64,000 bases of DNA. It comes from Paecilomyces variotii (lineage: Eukaryota). The stretch lies in the NCBI GenBank assembly GCA_004022145.1, contig RCNU01000004.1. One strand, given 5' to 3'. Below are positions 1 to 14,871 of this stretch, one piece after another; position 1 is the first letter of the stretch; every line of letters starts with the position of its first letter. Made by a program: the position numbers and the translations under genes. The notes beneath the pieces are model-generated. The model had not been told where the DNA came from, searched no databases, and worked only from the letters and a program-made list of their open reading frames with translations.

Positions 1-3000
1 TCTTGTTCGCGTCATAGAACGAACTGTGTCCAAATTAAATTCCCCATCCAGGACGATTGGCATACTTGGCAAGCAGACGGTCAAAATCGTTGTTAGATAT
101 ATAGTGGCATTCATTCTGGTGGACTGGTCAAAACGGTGGATTCCGGTTTTGAATTCGAGTTTTAGGTTCTATTGGGTAAGGGATTCGAAAGGTTCCCTTG
201 ATAGGGATATAGGCGAACTTCATGATTCTGAAAGAAGATATAGATCCCTCAAAGATCCTTCGTCTTTATCTGCAAGCTTTTTATCGGTCATGTCTGCTGC
301 ACCACTGATGGGCACTAATTTATGCAATATGTATTGCATAGAGCAGATCGAAAGATAGTAGGGGGTTGACATTAGGAGTTTCAATAGGAAGCGTAATGAT
401 CTCTTCTAAATTACTGCGCTGATCCTGGTTCCTATTCGACGATTTCGCATTCATTTCGATTGCCAGACCCTAGATCAGAAGGCAGTAAGGGAGGTGGTAT
501 AGTAAGCTGGACGATTTTGGAATATTGATATGTCGGCATCTGGAAGAACTGCAAGCCTATTGCTTTCTTATCCCTAGATATAGAGCTAAGCAAAGCAAAC
601 AACTTAACTAGCTACTAGCTGGAAGGTTCAAATCATACCGTTGCTTCTGTGCCATTTAAGAGTCGACACGATGTAATTGAGAGAAGTTATCAACCCAGCT
701 TATAATTGGAAGCCTCTGAATCAATTTCCTATTAGCCTATGTATGCCTCTATCTCTGCGTGGCGCCAGCGACCTCAAATCACGTCTGATACACCTCGGAC
801 TTTGCCAGCGCGGAGAATATCCCTCTTGTATGATATGGGGTGAACCTGAATAGTTATCGCGGCTGCGGGGGTAACTTACCTTTGAATTGGTATTATTGCT
901 TTGAGTCGAGACGTGTAATAGGAGAGACAGTGTAAACAAATAGATCAAATGAATTTGATTGGTATTGGAAAGGTAATTTTATATTCATAAAGCCTCGATC
1001 TGGTCCCTATACCAAGTAGTACGTTTCCTATTCCGGGTAGAAGCTCGCTCGTATGTTAAGATTCTCATTCTTTCCCTTTGACTTCGTAACGTAATGTTAG
1101 CTGTGATTATTCATAAGATGTAATTCGGGGGACGTATTCACCGTCCTCGATATTACGTTCGTCAACATCATATGTGAAAGATTCTAGCCCCCGTCCTCTG
1201 CTCTGGGCTCATGAGCGTACGAGATTAACGTATATGCTTGAAGCAGCTTGTTAGAATGTCTGGTTAGGTCGGGGTATTATTGGCAGCAAGACATGTCATA
1301 TGAACATGGTTCGGCATAAGCAATATAATTATTCTTCAAGCATAAGCTCGGCATCGAACACAGTGAAGCCGCTGAATTTAAAACGATGTTAGAAATCCAA
1401 GTATTCTCAGAGTCATTCTAAGAGGTAGGACGTCTCCAATCCTGCTTTGGATATTATCTCCCGCAGCGAATTAGAAGACCTCCAGTTCCTCTCGAATACC
1501 TTCCACTTAGCGTCGAGTTTCCTATTTGTCCGAGGCATGTTGAATTTGAAGAAAAGAAACTCTATATCTCCTGCGGGGTCGCGGGGCTGAATGGGGCACA
1601 GCACTAAGAAAGTATAGACGAGTCAAGAAAATCGCCGCATAGCTTTCGCTGATACATTTATCTATTTACTGTACCTAGCAGATTCGTACTTTCTGATGAT
1701 CATGATTGGAAGACAAGAGATAGTCTCTAGGGGCTGGCTCCCGCATTAGATATCCAAGACAAGAATGGTGATAGGTCTGGTTGAATCTCGAGCCATTTGG
1801 AGGACATACGATGGACACTTGGTGTATATGAAATGAAATGAGCACAAGATTATCCAGGTTCTCGAGGACCTATTATGTATCCGTTCTACTGCGGTATTTA
1901 CCCCCCGATTTGATCGGGAGGAGAGGATCGACGTGTCGACTTCACCAACAAAGGCAAGGCATTCAACTACTATGAAGCACGTCTTGGGTCAACTTGAGAG
2001 TGGAGAAGGGATAAATTCACCCATATATGACAGTTAATCAGCATGTGCCTTGGTGGTGACAAACGACGCATAACTAGTCCTGGCTCCCTGGTCGTAGGTG
2101 CATAGTTTGCCCAGTCAGCGCTATAAGCTAGACAGGGCCGCTCTATTGGTGTATCTCGCCCAATGCATTCACGCAGATTGGAGTTTGGTATTACCGAAAC
2201 TGTTGAATCTCGCATGAAACCCGATAGATGGGTGTCGCTGCTAGGAATATGGTCATCTCGACTCATGCAAGGCCTTGCACATAATACCCCTGGAACTCTT
2301 CACGTGCTATAACTAGTATAACTAATTAAGTGTTGTTCCAGGTCCCTTTACAGTTACCAAGTAAGCAGGGCCTCTCAGCCCTATCTACCATAGTTATTAT
2401 CATACAGTCGGAGCAAAACCCTGGGGATTTTCCCCAAGTACTTATGATTTGCATCCTTCCCCGCCAATCGGAACGGCCGGGTCGCCCATACTATACTATA
2501 CTATACTATCGATGCTCAATTTGATCAGATGCAATATGATAGATAACCCCGACATGTGCCATGGGAGGAAAGCACCATCAAGCTGAAGGTGGCTCCTCAT
2601 GCGAATTCGGAGAGGAGAGCAGTGAGAAAGATCATCGCTTATTTGCGCTTGGCTTAAGTAGCGTTGGCACCAAGTTGTTGTTTGGCAACAAAGTCTGGAA
2701 AAGTAAACAACAATAGCAACTGTCTGGGAATAATAATAATAATAACAATAATACTACCCAGCCAGATGGTGCGCTAGAATCGATTTCAAGCCACAGACGG
2801 GCTAGCTTTCACGGATTTCTCATTCAAAAAAGTAAGCATACTTCCTATGCTCCATGGATCCATGGATTTCAAGCCAGCTCGGGTATCTAGGGGACGATCG
2901 ATGCAAAAAACAAACTTACTCTACTTAGTTTGGGGCCCCAACAATTGCCTGTTCGGCAAGGGGGGAGCACACTCGGATATTTCCGAAACTCGAGAGAGTG

Positions 3001-5087
3001 AAGAATCCAACGGTTTCCAAATTGTTAGTAGTGTCGCCTTTTTTTCCCTTCTCGTCCCGCACTTCCCGCGCGCAAATGATATCCGGAATGATGTGCTGTG
3101 CGCGATTATCCTACTTCACCGGGCGTCAATTAGAGTGCCTTAGAAGCTTCAAAACATGTCTATGGAGGCAGGCGATGAAGGAACGGAGGCAAATGGCACC
3201 AACAAGTTAACAACTAAGGTTCGTCGGCCGTCCACAGGAGATGATCTTCCCATCACTGCGTCAACCGGCATTGGAGTCGAACGGCTGCTACTACTATCCA
3301 CCAAAGGACTTATCTAGTCCATCTTAGAACACCACTGATTCTGAATAATAATCATAGTTGATTATCCCACCACGACAGAGACAAGAGCGCGGGGTAGCAC
3401 GTGACTGGTGTGTCAATATTCTACGGAGTGTTATTATTATTATCATTATCATCATTATTATTATTATTTGCAACAGGGACACGAATCCGCGGGAGATCCA
3501 GCCCAGACCACCTGAATTCCAGAGAGTGAGGATCGGAACAAGAATAGCAATTCATCGTCCCGTTCGACTCTATCCTTATTATTATTATGATTATTATGAT
3601 TATGATGATTCTTGCAAGTTACAACCTTCACCGCACGAGCAGCCGGGATCACCGGTTGACCGGGACAAGCCGAGGCTGGACCCAGAAGATGCGCAATCAC
3701 CGCCAGCTAGCATCCGTTGTGACAGGTACATTTGCCGACGTCAGATGGAGCGGCTGGCCCGAGATTGTCCTGAGCTAAAACAACCGGGCGTTGGAGGTAA
3801 AAAGAATGGTAGCTTTCGCTAACGGATTTCCGGACCAGTTGATGGCCTGTTGCAGCCTTCTCTCGACCACGATTTGCCAGTCCTGGAGAGCATGAAAAGA
3901 AAGCTCGCTCGGCTGTCGTTCCCGGGAGAATCGTCATCCTATCCGAGATCGAGGGGGGAGTTGATGGTGAACTTTGAAGGGAGGGATGGCCTAGTTGGTA
4001 TCTTAGTCTGTGCGGGGAGGAGCCTCCTTGGTCGATACTCTAGTTAGACAAGTCGCACTCTACTAGATACTGTCGAGATCCAGATCCGACTCTGCTGTGT
4101 GGCCACCGAGGTCCAGAGCGCAGGACTAGCAGGTCTCGCCTTGCAAGGCCGGTGTTATCTGCGCAGGGTCTCTATCATTTATTCAGGTAATAATAATAAC
4201 TACTACAATCTATAGTCATTGTGTCTTATAGGTTCCAGCTCCAAGACGATCATGCTCCGTCAATAATAGCTAATAATAATAATAATACCCGGAGAACAAA
4301 CGGTCCTACCATCGATGCGGCCGGGATGTTGATGTGGGAAGTATGGACGATGGGTGTAGAGTTCAACGGCGCGATGGAGAGAATTAATTCAGGAATTGGT
4401 TCGCCCGTCTGGATGGGAAAATGGGTCACTGATCGATTAACTTGGCTGCAAGGAGAGTAGTATACTCCGTAGACTGTTGGAATCGCAGTATTCTAGTCGT
4501 TCGGATCCCAGCGACATCTCGGCTGCATGTACCGTGGGCAGTAGTTGCGCCATCAAGAATGGCGAAACCCCAAGCTGCCACAAAACGTGCAAGCTTGCAA
4601 CGGTACCTTTTTCCAATCGACCAAAGCCCGTTAATCCACCCCTCCCCCGTTCAACGTTGGCGTGCAAGATCCGGGCTCCATCGGACGAGCAAGCGCTCTC
4701 GCCGCTGCATCGCCGAACCAACGCCAGGGCGGTTCCACGAGCCTCTTTTTCGCTCATCCTGACTGTTCAACAGGCCATCATCCACGGCGATGAACTAACT
4801 ACGATGACCCCGTCAGACACAGCCGTCTGAGGATCTTTCCAGCCATCGTCGGTGGTGATTCGATGACGACCAGCCTCGTGGCTCCGTTATTGTGATGTTC
4901 GTGGTCAACCATGGGCCCCAGGCAAGAATAGTCAATCGTCTAACGTGCTCTGGGTGATTAACTATTCCACCACGAAATAATAATAATAATATTGGCATCC
5001 CGGGTCCACCATCCGGTCGGGTTCCCATGTGGCCAGTGTGTGTGTGTGGCCAGGCCTCGGGGGCTCCAGGTTGACCATACCACTCTC

Positions 5088-5108
5088 GACGACGACGACG
5101 ACGACGAC
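5088..5108. repeat. (GAC)7 microsatellite
   Basis: Direct reading. Confidence 0.9.
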
Positions 5109-5162
5109 TACGACGGTATTTTTCGCCATGGCCCGTCCGTGAAGAAAATCTGGCCATTTGTG

Positions 5163-5190
<28 letters not shown>
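5163..5190. repeat. (CT)14 microsatellite
   Basis: Direct reading. Confidence 0.9.
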
Positions 5191-5193
<3 letters not shown>

Positions 5194-6785
5194 CCCCCCA
5201 ATCCCCAATCCCCAATCCCCATCCACTGCCGTCAGCCGGAATGGAGCCATGGAGACTCGAGCAAGCATCCACCCCATCCCGGCTTGTCAGCCTCTGAGGA
5301 TGGACACCAATACACCGCCGAGCAAACCGGTCGATGGGTGATCTTCGAATGAACCGCTGCCCACCAACGCATCCCTGACTGGGTGATGCTCAGGCCCGGT
5401 ACGCATCTACGTGTCTTTGGACGATCTGATGCCCACAATTGCTCGCCAAACGCTCCGTCCGAATGGGCTTTGTCGGCGCCATTCACACCACCTGCACTCC
5501 CTTTTTGCGCTGCCGATCTCGGGACGCCTCCGTCCCGTGGGAAGTCGTGAGATGAGAGAGTCCTCCTGTTTCCCTGGCGCTGCAGCCTCTAATTAGCACG
5601 CGGCGTGCGCGTGGTGTCCGTCCTGGGCTCGATACTCTTTTGGGAAGCCCTGCAAGAAATCATGCCGCGCTGGTCTGGATGGGCAGGTGCTAAAAGACTT
5701 AAAAGACTAAAACACTAAAAAAGAGCAAAGAGGATCATAGCCAGGGTCTCTCGGAAGCCACGCCAGTAGCCTGCTCAGGCCTCCGCCGTCCGTCAGTTCA
5801 AACTATTCCAGACTCAGCGACCATGGGTCACAGTTCCTATGGTACAGTCTACCATACAGTCTACAGCTTTGCCCGGCTCGTGGGAGCCTCCGGGGACTCA
5901 ACCGAAAAAGAAGAGTCACGAATGCTGTCATCGACAGTCAACCGCGGGCGATCCCATCCGCGGGACGGATCTGATGGTATGCGACCCAGGAAAACGCTCC
6001 CAGGGCCCTTTCTGGTGGTTCCCGAGCTCCATTATTCTCGGCTGAAGGAGCTTAACTGATATGCGTTTTCCTTGGCGTCTCCTTTCCTGCGTCTGTCCGG
6101 AGTAATAAACTCTAGTATATACACGGTGTAGTCCTTAGTCTTGCCCAAACTCCGCCCCCCTCTATCTTCTTCTCGTCTCTTACCTGGCTCGTTTCAGCTA
6201 CCGGGGTCGACCGAACCTGTCGGAGAGGCGGCCCAAGAGCTTGTGAGCCTGGCATCGGCTGGCAGTCTACCCCAGCGCGCAAGGCAAGTGTCGTCGATCC
6301 TGCTCCCTGGGTTCGTTCGTGGGAGGCATTAGCGATCCTTCTTATTATTCTTCCTGCTGGCGACACACCTCAATTGTTCCGCAACTCCACGACTACTAAG
6401 AAAACGGCTGTCGAATTGTTCAACCGCGAGCGGTTAGGATGACTCTAACACCTGCTTAATCCCTCCGACAGCCCAATGTCAACGCAGAAGCACTCAGAGA
6501 CTCGTCGAGGACCCCGATACAAAGGTGTTGGGCGGCCCCGCGATATTATTGCTTGCCCTTGAATGCTCCGCTGAAGAGCCGCAAACTGTCCACTGATATC
6601 CTCCCCTCGCCACTTCTGACAAGTGGAATTTGCAGTGTCAATCCATTGTACTGTGTATGCCAAAAACGCGATCCATCGATTCTCTCTGTTTCCCTCTGTT
6701 TGTCTGGATAAAGAATTTCCGCTCTTGTTGTGCGCTTTTCTGGCGGTGATCGTGTTCGTTCTGGAAGTTGGTCCCCGGTCTCAAC

Positions 6786-6811
6786 TGTGTGTGTGTGTGT
6801 GTGTGTGTGTG
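6786..6811. repeat. (TG)13 microsatellite 40 bp upstream of the Zn2Cys6 TF start codon
   Basis: Direct reading. Confidence 0.9.
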
Positions 6812-6812
6812 A

Positions 6813-9494
<2,682 letters not shown>

Positions 9495-10468
9495 ATTGGC
9501 GGATATGTATCACTTTCAAGAATTTCTTTAAATCCAGCACGGCGATGCCATTCCGTCGCCCTGTTATGGAACCCTCATCCATCAATAATCGTCACGTGTC
9601 TAGGGTGCTTGTGAAGAAACAGTTGTCCTTATTCACCTGCTCGCTTTTATCATCGCCTGGGGACACAATTTCTTCCTTCTAGGCTGGGAGGTTTTCTGGA
9701 AGAGGGCGCGTCCCAGCCCCTGCTGATCCTCGTAAAACAGAGCGAGAGGTCGTGCATGAAAGCCAGCGAGCGACCGGAGAGCAGGATCCTGGAATGACAT
9801 ACAGGATATAGGGTGTTTCAGTCGCTTGCCGGTTTCAACTGTTTTAACACGATTACAGTTCTTAAGAACCTTTGCGATTATTTATTCCCTGCAGTTCAAA
9901 GTGGGCCACACGTGAAACGAAGGTCATGGTTTAATGAAAAGCTGCATGTATTTCTTCGAGCGTTTTATGCATATGCATGTATGTGCGGATACGTGTCTAT
10001 AATGCGATTCATGTCATCATGAGATATTAGTTACCAGAATACTTATTATATAAACATATCTTTATTATTATTCAGGGGTTTTTTTTTTTATTCTGCTATG
10101 TTCGATTGTATGAGTAGAAGGAACTAGTTAACTTCCCACTCTTGAATTGGGAGGTGTATATCTGATATACGAAGTAAACACTAGATTCCCCATTCGTCCG
10201 ATTCTCTGGAATAAAATGGTTCGAAACTCTGCCTCTGTGGTTGAGGGACTTTCTTTTCTGTTTAGTATGATTGTGCAGCAGCAGCAGCAGTAATAGCAAG
10301 GCTTACATTATATCTATCCAGGTCTAACACCTCCTCTGAATACAAAAAAAAAGAAGAACCAAAGAGAAATCTCGAAAAAGAAGGGACATATATACACTGT
10401 AATTTTTATTTATTCATTCACTTTTTCTAATTCCCTATTATTTCTCTTTTCCCACCACTCCCTTCATT

Positions 10469-11479
10469 TCAAGTTTCCAAATTAATACTCCTCCCGAAGC
10501 GCGCATACAGCGCCACTTTCAATTTCTGAAGTTCCTCACGGATCTCACTGAGTGATTCCTCGAGCTTGGAGACGTCTTCTTCGATCTGCTCGGTAGATGT
10601 CGCGAGCATGGATTGCGCGTCAGAAAGAGGTAGGGAGATGAAAGAGTCGCCGATTTTGTAGCTGTGGTTGTGGTGATGTTAGTGGGGGGTATGGTATGGC
10701 ATGAAGGGTAAGGTAGGTAGGTAGGTAGGTAGATGAATGAATGAATGAATGGGCTACTTACGGGACGAGGTCATCTTCATCGGCCAGTTCGAGTTCTGTA
10801 GAGACTTCTTCGAGATCTTCTTTGTCTTTCTGTTGTGGTTTGTTAGTTTTGCTCTTTTTGCGTTTGCGTCTTCTGTTTTTCTTTGGTGAAGTTTTTTGCT
10901 TAATTGGGTATATATGATATGGATTTTGGATGGTATGTCGTTTTTTGGAGATTGAAATCCATCGTATATGGATTCCAATCTGGTGGATTTGATGACCAAT
11001 GTAGATAGAAAGATGAAATGGGTATCAGAGAAGCAAGCAGCGTTTCCATTGCTGCAGTGGTGGAAATATCACAATTGAAGAGATAAACAATGAACCAAAC
11101 CACATTTTAATTAAAAAAAAGTATTCGAAAACGGATTTCTCTTTTTTCTTACAAAAAGGAAGAAAGACGGAAAAAAACCACATACCTGCTTCGCTTTCAA
11201 CTGCTCCTCAAGCACCGTCTCCCGCTGATGCAGTCGACTGAAGCGATTGATCTTCTCTTGATCTTCACGACGGACTTCCGTATCCTCCCCCGGCGCAGAG
11301 GCCTCGTCCTCTTTCGAGAGCTGGCGACAAGGAGAGAAAAATCAGTACATCACTATCGATCACCTGATGATGACGGTAGATTTGACCAAATGTTTTCCAG
11401 AGAGAAAAAACGATGTGGGCAAAACAATAAATAGATCAGATGCGAGATCTAATATACGTACCATCCGGTGTTGCAGCAT
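10469..11479 (-). CDS. GIM3: Prefoldin subunit 4; exons 11479-11462, 11320-11186, 10829-10762, 10661-10469 (137 aa)
   Basis: Spliced product MLQHRM-LSKEDEASAPGEDTEVRREDQEKINRFSRLHQRE...KDKEDLEEVSTELELADEDDLVPYKIGDSFISLP...LKVALYARFGRSINLET*. It carries the hallmark PFD4 motifs EDQxKINxFSRL, YKIGDxF and LYAxFGxxINLE. Missed by the ORF track. Confidence 0.93.
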
Positions 11480-12508
11480 CTTGGGCAGAGGCCTTCGATC
11501 AGGGTCCTGTCGAGCCGGGAACTTTGACTGGAGCTGATAGTTACACGGAGGGGTTTGGATAGCTTGCAAGTGTCTTTCGTGGTGGAGAGTTGGTCCGTGC
11601 GGGAAGGCGGGCGAGGAGCGCGGATAGTGTTGGCAGTAGTAAGTATGTAGAAGAATTAATTATTAATTACAACGATGGATTAGTTATGGATTGCAATGAT
11701 TCTGATCTGTTCATAACTATATCTTTTGATGAGATTTCGATTCTTATACCAAGAGTCTTCTTGATTGGATCCATAGCTGCGATTCTCATTGCATCCTCAC
11801 GTGCTTGGTCCTGTGTCTCTTCAGGGGATAACTAGATAATAAGTTACTATCGCTGCTGAGAGTGGATATTATATTGAATTGATATATTATATTATACTGA
11901 TCTCATTATAATTATCCATTTTCTCAGTCGTTGCTGCAGTTGACTGTCCACGTGCCAAATATCGCTGTCAACCTCTCCGCAGTCCACCGCCAATATCTAA
12001 TTCTAGGCTGAAACAGCGTCGGAACAAACTGCGACAACAGACCAGCAATCCTAGCAACAACAATCCAAGTTGACCTGACAGGCTGACACACGTACTCTAT
12101 CTACACAGTTAGCGGAAAAACCGCTTGTTCTCGTGGTGAGCAGAGCGTCCATGGGGCTTGTGGGTGACATCATCTCGTAATTCATTAATCAGTTAGCCGC
12201 ATGTGGAGAAAGCGCGGCGATACTCTCCAGCCTCAGCTTCATCTCGGCTTCTCCTCGTCCTGCACAGCTATCCAACTTGTCCTCTCCGCTAGTCAAGCGT
12301 ACCGGGATTTCCTGCAGGAGAGCGACATCCCAGCTCTCGCAACATCCTCTGAGGTCTTCTGCCCCGTAACGCCCTTGAATCGCCCTACTCTAGTGCAGCT
12401 GGCTGGCTCCGGCCGGGCTGGATCGGTTTTCCGCGGTCGCCTGTCTATCTCTCCTCGTCCCATTCCCTTTCTCTTTCCATCAACCGTCTTGACAACCAAT
12501 CCGCCACG

Positions 12509-13684
12509 ATGCGGCTACACTCGTCATCACCTCTCGTTTTCCTCGCGTCGATGCTGCCGGGTCTCACCGCCGCCAGTGGGTTCGATTGCGCTCACATCAG
12601 GGTCGATGGGATAGAGTACGATCTGAGTCCACTCGCGGGCGTGCACTCGCTATATCATGTGGAGGAGACGGAGGACGTCGTCGTCAATACGACATATGTG
12701 CTGAATATCTGCAGTCCCTTGAAGGGCGCTGCTATCAGGGGGAAAGCCAAGTGCGGCACGTCCAAGAATAGTATGCTGCCTGCTCCTTGCAGTCTGCCAA
12801 CCCCTACGTGTGCGGTGATGCTAATTCGAATCTACTCATAGTTTGCGGCTTTCAAGAGACCAAATTTCTCGACGGATCTGAAGATTTTGAATATGCCTTT
12901 CCGATCGTGGGATTGGATCCCATGGGCCACGGCTCGATAGACCCGGAAATCACCCGGCTGAAGCAGTTGGATTCAGCCCAGGAAGGGTTGCTGGTGAAGC
13001 TCTCCGGAGGAGAGTATAGAGAGGAACCCACAAAACCGGACTCGAAGAAAGCTGCCAGTGCCGTCATCGAATTCAAGTGTGACCCCGACCGAACCGGACT
13101 GGAGGGACTCAAGGATGTTAAAGATGACGATGAGAAGCAACGGCGTCGAGCTATGAAGCGGGATGGTGACGATGACAATGACAAGGATCATGGAGACGAT
13201 GGCAATGATGAGAAGGACGGAGATAAGGACGGCAAAGACGACAAAGACGACAAGTCTCGCAGTCTTATATTCAAGAGCTTCGGGCCCGGTGATGACAAGT
13301 CTTATGTTCTAAAACTGGACTGGAAGACCAAGTACGCATGCGATAACCAAGTCCGGGACAACAAGGGAAGCAATTCCTCTAGCCACTGGGGATTCATCAC
13401 CTGGCTGATCATCATGTGAGTGACCTTTTCTTCCTCTTTGTCACCATCGAAATCGTGACAACTAATGTCTTGTTTCTCCGACATCCAGCGTCTTCCTCTG
13501 CACGGCAGCCTATCTCATTTTCGGCTCCTGGCTCAACTACAACCGTTACGGTGCCCGTGGCTGGGATCTGCTCCCCCACGGCGACACCATCCGCGACATC
13601 CCGTACATCTTCAATGACTGGATCAAACGCGTGATCAACACGGTGCAAGGGACAGGAACACGAGGTGGCTACAGTGCCGTATAG
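12509..13684 (+). CDS. ATG27: Autophagy-related type I membrane protein Atg27; introns 12771-12841, 13416-13488
   Basis: Signal peptide, Cys-containing MRH-like lumenal domain (YDLSPL, LNIC, IEFKCDP, LDWKTKYAC), TM segment WGFITWLIIIVFLCTAAYLIFGSW, YNRYGARGWDLLPHGD and the C-terminal GGYSAV* sorting motif. Confidence 0.9.
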
Positions 13685-14871
13685 TTATTTCGCCCTCTTG
13701 GGATTGTTGTTTGACGTTTTGGATCACGTCCTCGAGATTAATTCTGTAGTGCAATATACTCACAGAGCCAGCGGCTAGCTTTATTACTGCTATGCCTGTC
13801 TGGGAGCTCGGAACTTTGGAAAAATGGATTCAAGGTTGCCACTGGAAGAGAAACCTAACCTAGGAATAGAATAGCAGAGAACTGTCATGTTTGCTATTGT
13901 TACATTATCATCCATGGGATTGATTGATTGTCCTTGTCTTGTTATTTTAGCTTCTCACATATAGCATGGTGGCTGTGCTCAGTGCTTATCGTCGTTTTCT
14001 TAACGTTTCGGGTAGATGAAGATGAAGATATGATATAATTTGTATCCTTTTGAAGACAAAATTCCTGGGTCTGAGGTTAGATTTTATCGAGTACGTAGTC
14101 AAGAACAGTAGATCCGTACATTAGTGTCTTATCTTAATTCTCTCTTTTCATAGGAATCATAGGGCATGTTATGAATTAGAGGAACAATACTGATTTGACC
14201 TCGCTCGAAATACTTGGTCCTGACGGGCGGTTGACATTCATCCATCCATCCATTCCCTATCTAAACTTAATCAGCTAGTTAGCAGACCACCATCGAACAT
14301 GTGTCCCTAGTGAAGAAAAAATAACGGTCAATTAACTACTATTGATTCTTTACTTGGTAATCGTTCAATACCTACCCTTTTGATCCCGACGTTGCTTTTC
14401 TAAAAGGTTAAAGTGAAATCAAATCAACGGGCTACGGGTACTCGATAGATAGATAGTAAGGTAACTAAGTGTTAGTATCGTTTCATGATATGAGAGATAT
14501 TTACTTTTCGGTTTATATGAACCTCCATCGAGAGTTCATGATACATATCTGCTACGGAGATGTTACTTAGGGATTGAATCTGATACAGCAACGAAGTTGG
14601 TTGGTTGTTACTGATGATTTGGCCCCGAGGCAGAAATAAAAAGAAAAGGAAAGAAAAAGAAGAATGATTTCGTTACTGTTATAGCAAGTCATGGACGCAT
14701 CCATCCATCCATCCATCATCGATAAGATTACTACTAACAAAGCAATAACGCATAATTCATATCTGTCTACCCTCTGTGATTGTAATTGTCCAGAGGGGCA
14801 GTTTAGCAAAGACCCGAGGCGGGAGGTTATAGCAATATCAATATCAATATCAATACTAAGAGAGGCCCGCT

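Noticed and set aside
3358..3822. 154-aa ORF with poly-Ile and Tyr/Asp runs
   Set aside because: The runs are translations of (ATT)n microsatellites, it has a non-ATG start, and no domain is evident.
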